Part shown: positions 1 through 14,300 of the stretch, piece by piece | How the letters are laid out: every line of letters starts with the position of its first letter | Position numbering within the stretch: position 1 is the first letter of the stretch | Assembly (NCBI GenBank): GCA_002269645.1 | Contig: NIVC01000168.1 | Span: 248,001 to 312,000, forward strand | Direction: 5' to 3' | From: Macrostomum lignano | Taxonomy: Eukaryota | Length of the DNA: 64,000 nt | Translations under genes and position numbers: made by a program | The notes under the pieces: generated by a model | Told to the model about the DNA's origin: nothing | Databases searched by the model: none | What the model saw: only the letters and a program-made list of their open reading frames with translations

Positions 1-832
1 AATTCTGTTTTTTATGCTACTCCAGACTGTAACTGCCTACAGTAAGTCAATTTTCTTGATACTCATTGGTTCATTTTTTCTTTCATACCTACAGAAAATG
101 ACAATCCTCGATACTAAAAATGTTTTTTATAGGTATATGTACGCTCGTATACAACAATATAATACAGTTCAGAAAAAAAAACGATTTCATGAAACTTGCT
201 AGATGCAAGCATTCGGAAGTTCGATCAGAAATTTTCCGCGGTGACGGTACCTGCGCCGTAGCTAAGAAATTAAGACGCAGTGCTAAGATCCTGGGCTGGT
301 AAAGCAAGTGGGCTTTACCCGATTTTAATGGCGGAGCGACCCGCCTCGCTGCCGCCTTTTTTTATCGCCTTGTACTCATACTGGTTTTACGCGCTGTACA
401 TACGTGCTGACTAGCACCCCTAACCCCCGGTGTGCATGTGCTTTACGAGCGTATTTATATGTTGCTCAGCTCAGCGCGAAAGGGGCGCTGCTGCCGCTCA
501 ATATATTTTTTTATTTCTCTAATCATTGTAATCAATCAATTCTAATCAATACATTCGAACAATGCGTCCCCAAATCGCTTTGGGCCTGCCTCGCCTCGAT
601 CGCCACTTGCCCCGTCTCCGCCTCGTCACTCCGGACATTAATGGGTTGAAAGACACAAGTACTCGCAGTTTCTGCCACATTGCGCAGAGTACATCAAACC
701 CACGACACTAAGACAAAACCCAGCGTTCTGGTACTTTGCTAAAATCGTAAACTTTAAGCTGGTTTGCACCGCCACAAAGAAAGGTATCGAATTAAACAAA
801 CAAAGTCCGTGTCACCGTGTGACAGGGGTCGC

Positions 833-1030
833 TTTCACAAGCTCGAAGTTTCACAACCTCGAAACCAGTTACTTTCATAAGCTCTAAATTTCACAAGCTC
901 GAAATTTCACAAGCTCGAAATTTCATAACCTCGAAAACCATTCTAGCAGCCACTTTCACAAACTCGAAACTTCATAAGCTCGAAATTTTCATATCCTCGA
1001 AAATTTTAGCAGGCGACTTCACAAGCTGCT
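833..1030. repeat. Degenerate 16-bp tandem repeat TTTCACAAGCTCGAAA (~10 units with short spacers)
   Basis: Repeated tttcacaagctcgaaa / tttcataacctcgaaa units read directly. Confidence 0.85.
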
Positions 1031-1331
1031 AAAATGGCGGAAAGACATAATACTAGCAGGCTTTAGCCAATAGAAACATTTTCAGAAGTAGCATAGAACT
1101 AAATATTTGAACTCGTGCATCTGATTTCAGCGAGGCTCCCAATGATGGAATGTCTGCAGTCTTCAACCGCTTCTGAAGGCGTCTGCAGTCGAGCCATCGA
1201 CAACAACGATCACCAATTATTTAGCCACAATTCCTGCTCTCACACCAAAAACGAGAAGGGCTGGTGGTAGGCGAGAACCAAGTCGCATTCGGGCGAATCG
1301 AATCACCAACCGGATTGACTGTTGCTCAGAA

Positions 1332-1424
1332 TTTGCAGAGTCATTATATTTGCAGAGCCATTTTATTTGCAGAGCCATTTTATTAGCAGAGCCATTTTAT
1401 TCGCAGAGCCATTTTATTTGCAAA
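1332..1424. repeat. 17-bp tandem repeat TTTGCAGAGCCATTTTA (~5.5 copies)
   Basis: Units start at 1332, 1349, 1366, 1383, 1400 and 1417. Confidence 0.9.
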
Positions 1425-2903
1425 CCTGTGCAAATAGTGCTGACACCTCCTGGCATCGCGGCCAGATCACCAGGCGTCATAAACCGCGTGCTCGCCGGCG
1501 CTCCTGAACCCTCCGAGTGGACCATCGCGCACATCGTGCCGATCCCGAAGAAGGCAGGAACAACGTGGAAAGAAGACCACCGCGGGATCTAGCTGATGTC
1601 CTGCACCGCGAAGCTTTTTAACCGGCTGCTGCTCAATCGTCTGCAGTCTGTGCTAGACCCGTACCTGCGGTACGAGCAAAACGGATTCCGGCCGCAACGC
1701 GGTACAGTGACACAGATCCCCACACTCCGCCGTGTCATCGAGGAGGCGCGCATCCGCCAGTCTACGCTGATCATTGTCTTCGTTGACTTTCGAAAGGCGT
1801 TTGACTCGGTGTTGAGAGCCGCGCTCCCCTTCGTCCTTCGAGCCTACCGGGTACCCCAGCAGCTAATCGACGCTGTCATAGCGCTGTATCGTGACACTCG
1901 AGCTGCTGTGGTGACGGCGGACGGCCTGTCTGACCTGTTCGATACTTCATCAGGAGTTCTGCAGGGCGACACGCTAGCGCCGTTCCTCTTCGTGCTGCTG
2001 CTGGACTGGGTGCTTCGGACCGCACTCCCCTCGGCTAACGACGGCTTCCTGCTGCGCAGACGCATCGGTCGCCGCCACGGCGAAAAGCGCCTAAGCGTGC
2101 TTGGCTCCGCCGACGACCTCGCCCTCCTGTCCTAGCCCGTTAAAGGCGCCAAGCGCCAGATAGACAAGTTGGTCGAAGTGGCATCGAGCGTCGGTCTGGT
2201 TGTCAACACGCTGAAGACCGAGGTGCGGACTGTGCCGGCCGACATCCCAGCGGACCTGATATGCCGCGGTGCAGACTGGCAGACGACCAAGCTCGCACGC
2301 TGCCAGCGGTTCACCTACCTCGGCAGTCTGGTGCCTCACGTGGACGAAGACCTCCTGCGGCGGCGAGGACTTGCCTGGGCGGCTTTCCGTTCAATCCGGG
2401 CCGTCGTCGAGGTTGAAGCGCTAGAGGGTTCGGCTGTCGCAGGCGGTGGTCGAAACCGTCCTGCACTACAACGCCGAGACGTGGACGCTGACGGCTACGC
2501 TGGAGCGGCAGCTGGACTCGGCGCACTCAGGGCTGCTCCGTGCGGCCTTTCGAGCTGACGAGAGCGTCGGGACCGAGGCCCTGTACGATCGGGCCAAGCT
2601 GCAGCTCCCGTCCACCATCCTGCGCCGGCGGCGACTTCAACTAGCGGGCCACGTGATCCGGGCAGAGTGCTACTGCCCCCAACCTGTTCAGGACGTCCTG
2701 CTGCTCACCCTGCAGGCCCGCTCAGGCGGGTCAGGCCCAAACCCGTCGATACGTAGACTGCCTGCTGTGCGACGCTGGGGCGCCCGACACTGCCAACGGG
2801 GCGGACTTCGTCCGTTCTCAGGCTCTGCGGCGCGCCATCTGACGCTCCCTGCTCTGTGACTTTATTTGCGGGGCTGCGTATTTTGTTGCTTCTGTTGTTG
2901 TTG
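1333..2903 (+). mobile_element. 5'-truncated, inactivated RTE-clade non-LTR retrotransposon (RT plus C-terminal region)
   Basis: RT motifs IVPIPKK, EQNGFRP, FVDFRKAFDSV, GVLQGDTLAPFLF and SADD (YADD mutated). RTE-type C-terminus ETVLHYNAETWTLT...RRRRLQLAGHVIR. Contains stops and frameshifts. (TTG)n-like tail at ~2884-2903; TCAGAAT flanks both ends (1326-1332, 2904-2910). Confidence 0.88.
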
Positions 2904-3197
2904 TCAGAATGGCTTAACAACTTCGTAATCATGGTCGATGGGCACGATTACGCGTCGTACAAGTCCAACAGTTTCTTATCAATTCGCGATTTCAGATGTG
3001 ACAGGATCGGTCAAGTTGTGACTGTGAAGAACCGTAAAACCGCTGACTCTCTGTGAAGTGTAGGTGTATGGATAGGAAGTCAAACTGCCTACCCCAAAGA
3101 GTAATACAGGGTTTCAATCCGTTTTTATCCATACTGATGCTTAATAGAGTACTTGTGTAACCTAGCTTGCATTTAAACAACTCTTTCCTTTTTTTAG

Positions 3198-3605
3198 ACC
3201 GCCTTGCTCTCGTGTCATGCTCTCAAAGTTCTACAGCAATCAATGGTGTTTGCCAAAGAGCATTCGATGGTAACACGAGTCCTAATTGGCACTTACAAAG
3301 CTGCACTCACACAAAATCTGAGTTGGGCTGGTGGCAGGCCACTCTCAAAGAGCGATCGCTCGTTAAGCAGATTCGAATCTACAACCGACTCGACTGCTGC
3401 TCAGAGAGACTCAACGACTTTTCCATCACATTGGACGGTCAGGAGTGCGCCTCGTTCAAGTCGAGCGGCTTCTTCTCTGTGAAGACGTTCCAGTGCAATA
3501 AGGTCGGCCTGCAGATTCGCATCAACAATCGGAAGCGCTCACCCTTGACTCTTTGCGAAGTTCAAGTCTTTGGGGAAAAGAAGAGAAGTGCCATCAAGGC
3601 CGGAC
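3198..3605 (+). CDS. Intact F-type lectin (fucolectin/FTP) domain exon, phase 1-1; rest of gene not located
   Basis: Acceptor tttttag and donor gtaagt bound a 408-nt exon. Contains CSQSST, RAFDGN, CTHT...WW, YNRLDCCSER (close to the fucose-binding H..RxDx4R motif) and LTLCEVQVFG. Confidence 0.88.
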
Positions 3606-3646
3606 GTAAGTGGTTTTTAATATTTTATCTATCTATCTATCTATCC

Positions 3647-3679
<33 letters not shown>

Positions 3680-4828
3680 CCTACTTGCATGTATGCTATG
3701 ATAATTTGAATAAGCTACATGTAGTTGCAACGTGGATTAAGTAAATTAGCAATAGGATTTTGCGTAGGTACGCAGAGCACTTAACTATATGGTCAACAAA
3801 CCATTTATCGCCAGCCTATTATGCAGCGAGAGCGTGCAAGACCAAGTTGAAGATGTAGGGCTAAAAGTCAGCGGCAAGAATTTCTATAGATAGATGCGTT
3901 GCTATTTTGCGTCGTAGCGGTTTGGTTTTTAATACTTGTAAATTGTCAACTTGTCACTTGTACTTGCTTCATGAAATCGGCCCCAGATATGACCGACTTT
4001 TAAAAAATGAGCAATTAAATACGCTCGCAATAGTTGGTAGCAATAAAAATCAATAAATCGTCATTTAAAGAAAAAACACAGTCCTTCGAAGCTGGTTTTT
4101 GTTTATTTTCTGCAAATTAGCGATCTCCAGTGATCTCAATACACGATTAATAAGTTTACCAGACGTAATTAGTTAATTAGTTAGCTAATTATGCCTTGGT
4201 AATTAACAGTTTGTAGTTAGAAGCAGTCTGTCAACTGTAAAAAGTCAATAAAAATCTCCCCACTAGTTAGTCTATGTATATATATATATATATATATTAT
4301 TATTATTAAGGGCATAATGAAAAATAACCAACAGCTTTTCAATGAGCGCTTCATTTTAACGAAAAGTAAACAATTTTTGTGTTGCACTTTGAACTATTTA
4401 GTCCTTATTCCAGTGCATCAGTATTTTCAGTATTTGTTATAGTTTCAAACTAAGAGCCTTTTAGTGCGCTTTTTAACAAAGCAGTTGATAACTTCTCCGT
4501 TTTCACCATGAATAAAAATTTACTAAAAGTTATAGAGTAAATAGAGTTTGAGCAGTAGTCGAAACAAAAAAGGATTTATTGTGCTTTTAAAAATCATTGT
4601 GTCAGCTGTGTTCTGCTCCTGCGTCATCAGGCCTTCGATTCGTCTGCTGTCCTTACTGAAAAACGAAAAGTGACGAGCATTGTTAAATTTAATCTCTTTT
4701 TCAGTTAATCAATGCGAAAATTATTTCTTGAGCAGTAACACAGAATGCGAATTGAAAATCGGAAAGGTGGAATAAAATGGTTGGTTACCCTGACAGTGCA
4801 AGAATGTTAACGGATAAAAATTTAAGTA

Positions 4829-7806
<2,978 letters not shown>

Positions 7807-8309
7807 TAGAAGGTAGTTCCTCTGGATAAAAGCGCTTACCGCGCCCATTGGCTTTCCAGCTGCCTTAATCGTTTCCGGTGATCTTGTGTGCGTGCTTTCA
7901 GCTTGATTGGCTGCGGCAAGCAAGCTCGAAAGAGCTCGCTTCGCTCGCTCTTTCTCGCTATCTACTATCTATCTATCTATCCATCTATCTATCTATCTAT
8001 CTATTTATCTATCTATCTATCTACTTGTATGTGTGGTATGATAAGTTAAATAAGCATAAAATTAAATGTTTAGAAGGTGTGGCGAAAGTACACGATCTAC
8101 AAATGCACGTTAAGGTGAGACATGCAGAAATGCGTGCGGAAAGACTGTAATAGACCTAGCAAATCTAGGAAAAAAGTATAAGTGTTTAAAATAGGGCACC
8201 TTAAATTGATTTTTTCGACAAGTTAATCCTTTGAAGTGTTAATCATTTGTTCGTCACTCAATCCGGGCGACAACTTTGTCAAGCTCTTCCTCTCTAATTT
8301 CTGGAGTCG

Positions 8310-11300
8310 TTAAGCAGAATCGTTGGAAACCTTTTGAGTGTCTCTGCTGGACTCTGCTTTTTCTGGCTTCCCTTGGTCTTCATTTAAAATCTCATCGGCT
8401 TTCGTTGTGTCCTCAGATGTTTCTTGAGACGTTTTCTGAGCTGGTCTCTCTGTTGCGTCCTCAGCTTCTTTCTCAGTTGTGTCCTCCGCGGGATTCTGTG
8501 GTGTGTCCTCAGCTGGTTTCTCAATAGTGTCCTCAGCTAGTTTCTCAATAGTGTCCTCAGCTGGTTTCTCAGCAATGTCCTCAGCTGGTTTCTCAGTAGT
8601 GTCCTCAGCTGATTTCTCAGTAATGTCCTCAGCTGGTTTCTCAGCAATGTCCTCAGCTGATTTCTCAGCAATGTCCTCAGCTGGTTTCTCAGTAATGTCC
8701 TCAGCTGGTTTCTCAGTAATGTCCTCAGCTGGTTTCTCAGTAGTGTCCTCAGCTGGTTTCTCAGCAATGTCCTCAGCTGGTTTCTCAGTAGTGTCCTCAG
8801 CTGGTTTCTCAGTAGTGTCCTCAGCTGGTTTCTCAGTAGTGTCCTCAGCTGGTTTCTCAGTAGTGTCCTCAGCTGGTTTCTCAATAGTGTCCTCAGCTGG
8901 TGTCTCTGGTATGTCCTCAGCTGGTTTCTCAGTAGTGTCCTCAGCTGGTTTATCTGGTGTGTGCTCAGCTGGTTTCTTAATAGTGTGCTCAGCCGGTTTC
9001 TCTGGTATGTCCTCAGCTGGTTTCTCAATAGTATCCTCAGCTGGTTTCTCAGTAATGTCCTCAGCTGGTTTTTCAGTGATGTCCTCATCTGGTTTCTCAG
9101 TTGTGTCCTCAGCTGGTTTCTCAGTTGTGTCCTTAGCTGGTTTCTCAGTAATGTCCTCGGCTGGTTTCTCAGTAGTGTCCTCAGCTGGTTTATCTGGTGT
9201 GTCCTCAGCTGGTTTCTTAATAGTGTGCTCAGCTGGTTTCTCTGGTATGTCCTCAGCTGGTTTCTCAGCAATGTCCTCAGCTGATTTCTCAGTAATGTTC
9301 TCAGCTGATTTCTCAGTAATGTTCTCAGCTGGTTTCTCAGTAATGTCCTCAGCTGGTTTCTCAGTAATGTCCTCAGCTGGTTTCTCAGTAATGTCCTCAG
9401 CTGGTTTCTTAGTAGTGTCCTCAGCTGGTTTCTCAGTAATTTCCTCGGCTGGTTTCTCAGTAATTTCCTCGGCTGGTTTCTCAGTAATGTCCTCATCTGG
9501 TTTCTCAGCTGCTGCATATTCAGAGTTTTTCGTTGTTGTTTCTCTAGGAGAGTTCTCAACAGGTTTTAGCGTTGAACTTACAGATGTTTCCTTGTTGTTG
9601 TGTGCAAAACTAACTGCAACCTTCTTAACACTTTCCGAGCCATCAGCTGTTTCTGTCTCTGAGTGACTCTCCATTGATTTAGAATTGTCACTTGTATCGT
9701 CTACTGTCTCGGAATCATCAGGGGATTCTAAATCACCAGCTGTCTTCTCAGCAGGTTCTGAATCATCAGCTGTCTTCTCAGCAGGTTCTGAATCATCAGC
9801 TGTCTTCTCAACAGCTGTCTTCTCAGCAGGTTCTGAATCATCAGCTGTCTTCTCAGCAGGTTCTGAATCATCAGCTGTCTTCTCAACAGCTGTCTTCTCA
9901 GCAGGTTCTGAATCATCAGCTGTCTTCTCAACAGCTGTCTTCTCAGCAGGTTCTGAATCATCAGCTGTCTTCTCAGCAGGTTCTGAATCATCAGCTGTCT
10001 TCTCAGCAGCTTCTGAATCATCAGCTGTCTTCTCAGCAGGTTCTGAATCACCAGCTGTCTTCTCAGCAGGTTCTGAATCATCAGCTGTCTTCTCAGCAGG
10101 TTCTGAATCATCAGCTGTCTTCTCAGCAGCTTCTGAATCATCAGCTGTCTTCTCAGCAGCTTCTGAATCATCAGCTGTCTTCTCAGCAGGTTCTGAATCA
10201 TCAGCTGTCTTCTCAGCAGGTTCCGACTCGTCATCTGTATTCTCAGAGGATTCTGACTCGTCATTTGTATTCTCAGAGGATTCTGAATCATCGGCTGTCT
10301 TCTCAGGGGATTCTGAATCATCAGTTGTCTTCTCAGCATGTTCTGACTCGTTATCTGTATTCTCAGAGGATTCTGAATCATCGGCTGTCTCCTCAGAGGA
10401 TTCTGAAACAATTTCTGCCTTATCAGAGGGTTGTGAAACGGTAACTATCTGCTCTGCTGATTGCGAATCATCAGTCTTCCCCCGTGTCTTTGTCTCGGCT
10501 GCAGTATTGGCAGTCCTTTTTGTTTGTTGGTCGCTAGATTTAAAACGATTGCTAATTTGAATATCTGAAGCTAAGTGTGCTTTCCGTTGTCGAGCGTTAG
10601 TTTTATTCGGAGGACTCTGTTCTGCTGCTTTGCTGTTGTCAAATTTTTTCTGTCTCAACTGGCTACTCTTGGTTTGGACTGGTTGGCCCAGGGATCGATG
10701 CCGATTTTGCTGCTGTATTTGTTGGTGTCTTTCGTCGCTTTTGATGGCAACTTGACTTGCGGTTGACTTGTTGGAGTCAGGCTGACTGCTACCTTGAGCA
10801 TTGGTGTCTTCGGTAAGAAGGAAGGAAAGTGAGGAGGTTAGTACGAGCTAGTGGTTTAGTTTTGGTTAGTATGGCTAATCTGTATTAGGATGATACCTGG
10901 CGCTTGTTATGAATTGAGTTGAAAATTTCAAGCATAGTTTTTTAGTATGAAATCTACGGTTAGTGTCGTTGATTTGTCTCTATACTGCTATTATAAAGCG
11001 TCCTATTAACGAGCTAAGTAATGAATATAATAAAAACTTGGAACACACCTGCTTTCTTATCCTTCTCCACGCTTTCTTCCTCTGATTTTTTATCTTCATG
11101 AATATCGTCTTTCGGTCCTTCGTCGTCTTGATCTCGCTGCTGCTGTGCGTCGTCATTCTTCTGCACCTCCTGCTCGTCCGCATCCTTGCCATCCTCCGCT
11201 TTTTCGGTAATGTCGGATACCTCCGGCTTGTACGCTGATCGGTTTTTATCCCCGTCTGGCTGTTCTTCCTGTTCAGGTTGACTGTCTTTGACTGGCGTGC

Positions 11301-14300
11301 CAGTCTCGTCTTCCGTCGCGGCCTCGTCCTCGGCAGCTTCATCCCCGATCGGCTTGGTTCGCTCGAGCTGCAGCGATTCCGGCCGAGTCGAAGCTTGCGG
11401 TGAGAACGGTCGGTAGGACGCCTGGTCAGATTCGCGCTTCGAGCTTGGCGCCGAGGCGCCGTTCTGTTCGGCACCCGTCGAGCCACTGCCCTCCTCGTCG
11501 ATGCCTTCCAGTCTTTGTTTCTGGCTAGTTTCGCTTTGTTGGTCCCGATCAGCTGACGCATATTCATCCAGTGGATCGAGCTCGTCAACCAGCGGCGTGC
11601 GCACGATGGGCACCCTCGGTCTGGTCGGATAGGCCCCGTCTAAGAAGCCTGGATCGAGGATGAAAAAGCCGCGCTCGGTAGCGTCCGGCGGCTTCACGCT
11701 GCTCGGCAGCAGAACGGTGGCCACGTGGTGCTGCTTGGACTGTAAATTGTGGGTGAGACGACAGTATTTTAAACGGCTAATCAGAGATATTACGGAGATA
11801 TTTCTAAAGGTCCTTTTTCTGCTCTAAATATTCCTGTTTGGAGAAGGGGAGAGACGAGTGCATGAGAGCCATTACTGTCCCTGAGCCTTCGCCTAAGATT
11901 CATGATTTGGTCAATCTCCAATTGTTGTCGGAAAACATTTCTTTTCCTCGACTTTTTTGACTATCTTGCTGTATGATGCTATCTCCGTAGTGATTTTCCT
12001 ATGAACTTGATTCACTCACCCAGGTGGTGTAGATCTCGCATTCGTAGAGCTCGTCGCTGCCCTGATCGTCTTCTACTTGGGCACTCTCGAATAGTACAAT
12101 GAGTTCGTAACCTTGCAACGGTGAAATTGTGCATCTGAAAAGAATTTGTTTATAAAAGAATAAATAATACCACTATGTAAGGATCCCTTTCTTACTGAGC
12201 CAAAAGAAAATTGTAAAGAAGCAACAAAAATTCCCGTAAGTCACCTGTCGCTATACACCAGCTTTGGTCTGTTTGCAGCTTCATTCCCAGACTCCATCTC
12301 CTTGTCGCCTCCGTCGCTGGCAAGCTCCATTCCGCACATGTGCACACCCTCGAGCCGCAGCGACGAAGAGTTGCCAAATCTGCTGCTGGAACGCACCATG
12401 CGACTGTCGCCGCCTCCAGCAGCACCGGTGACAGGTAGAAGCTCGCAGCGTAGGCGGACATCTTCCAGCCGGCAGCGATGCACTGCTTCGGACAGTGCCA
12501 GGCGTTTGTCGAGACGCATGGCGGCCAGCAGGCGTCGGGGCTCGTACAGACCACCCGGCCACAGACTGCCAATCAGTCCGGTCGGTCGCAGGCGTCTTAG
12601 TTGGGCGTGTCGACGTCTGAGTCGCTCTAGCCAAGCTTTCAGTGGCAACGAGTTCGGTTGCTCGTTGCGGTGCAGCCAGTCTTCAGGCACCAACTCGATG
12701 GCCAGTCGGCTAGCGGACGCGGCAAGAGCCGGGGGCAAGTTCGCCAAGCCGGCTGGCAGATGACGGCGAAGCTGTTGAACATCGCGACCTACAGCTAGGA
12801 TTTGGCGATTGTACACGGCGCACTCTCGCTGTACAGCTTCTTCCACGGCTGGCGATCTGGTTTGCTGATGATCGGTAAACGAACCAGCTGACGACAATGA
12901 TGTCGAGCTGGCAGCTGAGCTCGGCGGATGATAGGCAAAGTTGAACTGTCGAGAGTCGGCTTCGCTGGTGAAGCGAACCAGCGGTGGTAGCTGCTCAGCT
13001 ACCAAATCCAGCACTGTGAACAGCTTTGCCAGACGACTTGCCGGACGAATCTCGAATTCGAATACCGACGGTAAAGATGACGAAGAAGAATTTAGTGTTA
13101 GCGACGTGGACGGCGGAGGACTATCGCTGAGCCATGTTGCGTAGAGGCGCTGCATGCAGGCTGCAAAGGCCTGGCCAGCCGGTTCGCCAGTCCGAGCGGA
13201 AGTCTCCCAGGGCAGGAGTTTCAGCAGTGATTTTTGGGCGGCCCAGTCGCGTAGAAAGTCGAGCGTCTCTACACCGTTAGGCGACGGCGGAGGGCAAAGG
13301 CCGCTAGCTGACGCTTCCGTAAGCCAGAACCGCATCAGCTTCCTGGTGTCCTGACCGCTGTGCAGGTGCTCATACAGTCGGCTCATAAGATTGCTCTCCG
13401 AGGATTCGCTGGTCTCTTCAGCGGACAATAGTCTAGCCAGTTTGGCAAGAGTAGTGTCGCCCAAAATCTGCCAGCGGCTGAAGTGACGGGCCCCCAAGCG
13501 TTGTGCGTAGGCCGCCAGCGCGTGCACGTAGCCGAACATCAGAATTTTGGCGTCGTTGTCGAGCTGAGCGGCGCGAATCTGCGGGAAGAATTTTTTAACA
13601 GTAAGGCGTTTTATTATACATGAACAAGCGACTTTCAGAGGAAGTGTTCACCACCTCAGATCCGGTTTCTCTACGAACAAATTCAAATCTGTATTGAATA
13701 AAAACCATTGGGTTATGAACGCTCTATCACGGATGGTTCTGATTTTGCAACTTAAGATGTTGCCTTGTTTAAAATACTTATATTTGTCAAGTCTGGCATA
13801 TTAAATCCTGTTGCCAATAGGAAAAACGCTAGCTTCACCTGCTTAAATGCCGCTTCTCCAGCAAGCAGCAGCTGCCGATCGCAGTTGCCACCAGCTTTAG
13901 CATCGGTCGACTCCTCCTCCGGTCGGATACCATCAAGATAGTCGGAGCTGATTACTCGCAGGTGCCGAATCAGCGTAGCCGGCAACGCGGCACCGGAGCC
14001 CACCTGATAGGTAATCCAAACTGTTGGCGACTGCTGCTGCTGCTGGCTACCTTTCTGCTCTTCATCCGGTTGTTGCTGCTCTTGCTGATCCGGCTGTTTA
14101 TCGCCGGAGACTGTCGCTTCGTCGCTTTGGAACAGAAGTCGCAGCTTCCTCTCGAGGCGTTGAAAACCACTCCGGCTGCCGCAGTGAGCGTCGCGCAGCA
14201 GTACCCACGGCTGGCACCACCGTCAGCTGAATTAAACACTCTCTCCAGTTGGCTGAGTGCCTGCTGTTCTGAACGCGAACCGTAGTCAATGACAACTAGC

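Larger units (their letters stand above)
1131..3072 (+). pseudogene. F-type lectin (fucolectin/FTP domain) exon, disrupted by an RTE insertion, stops and frameshifts
   Basis: After the acceptor tttcag (1125-1130) it reads RLPMMECLQSSTASEGVCSRAIDNNDHQLFSHNSCSHTKNEKGWW*A..RITNRIDCCSE (to ~1331). It resumes after the insertion as WLNNFVIMVDGHDYASYKSNSFLSIRDFRCDRIGQVVTVKNRK/PLTLCEV*VYG (2910-3072). The two halves are colinear with the intact exon at 3198-3605. Confidence 0.85.

Noticed and set aside
120-302. 60-aa ORF ending KILGW before the hairpins
   Set aside because: No recognisable domain or splice partner; too short to support.
2856-3056. 66-aa ORF with an apparent signal peptide (LRILLLLLLL)
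   Set aside because: The hydrophobic stretch is the LINE's (TTG)n tail read in frame with the 3' half of the broken lectin exon.
4595-4650. Minus-strand CTGATGA-cgcaggagc-AGAAC resembling a minimal hammerhead ribozyme
   Set aside because: The GAAA core is broken and stems I/III could not be formed convincingly.
8479-10560. Long plus-strand and alternative-frame ORFs
   Set aside because: Shadows of the repeat-rich last dynein exon.
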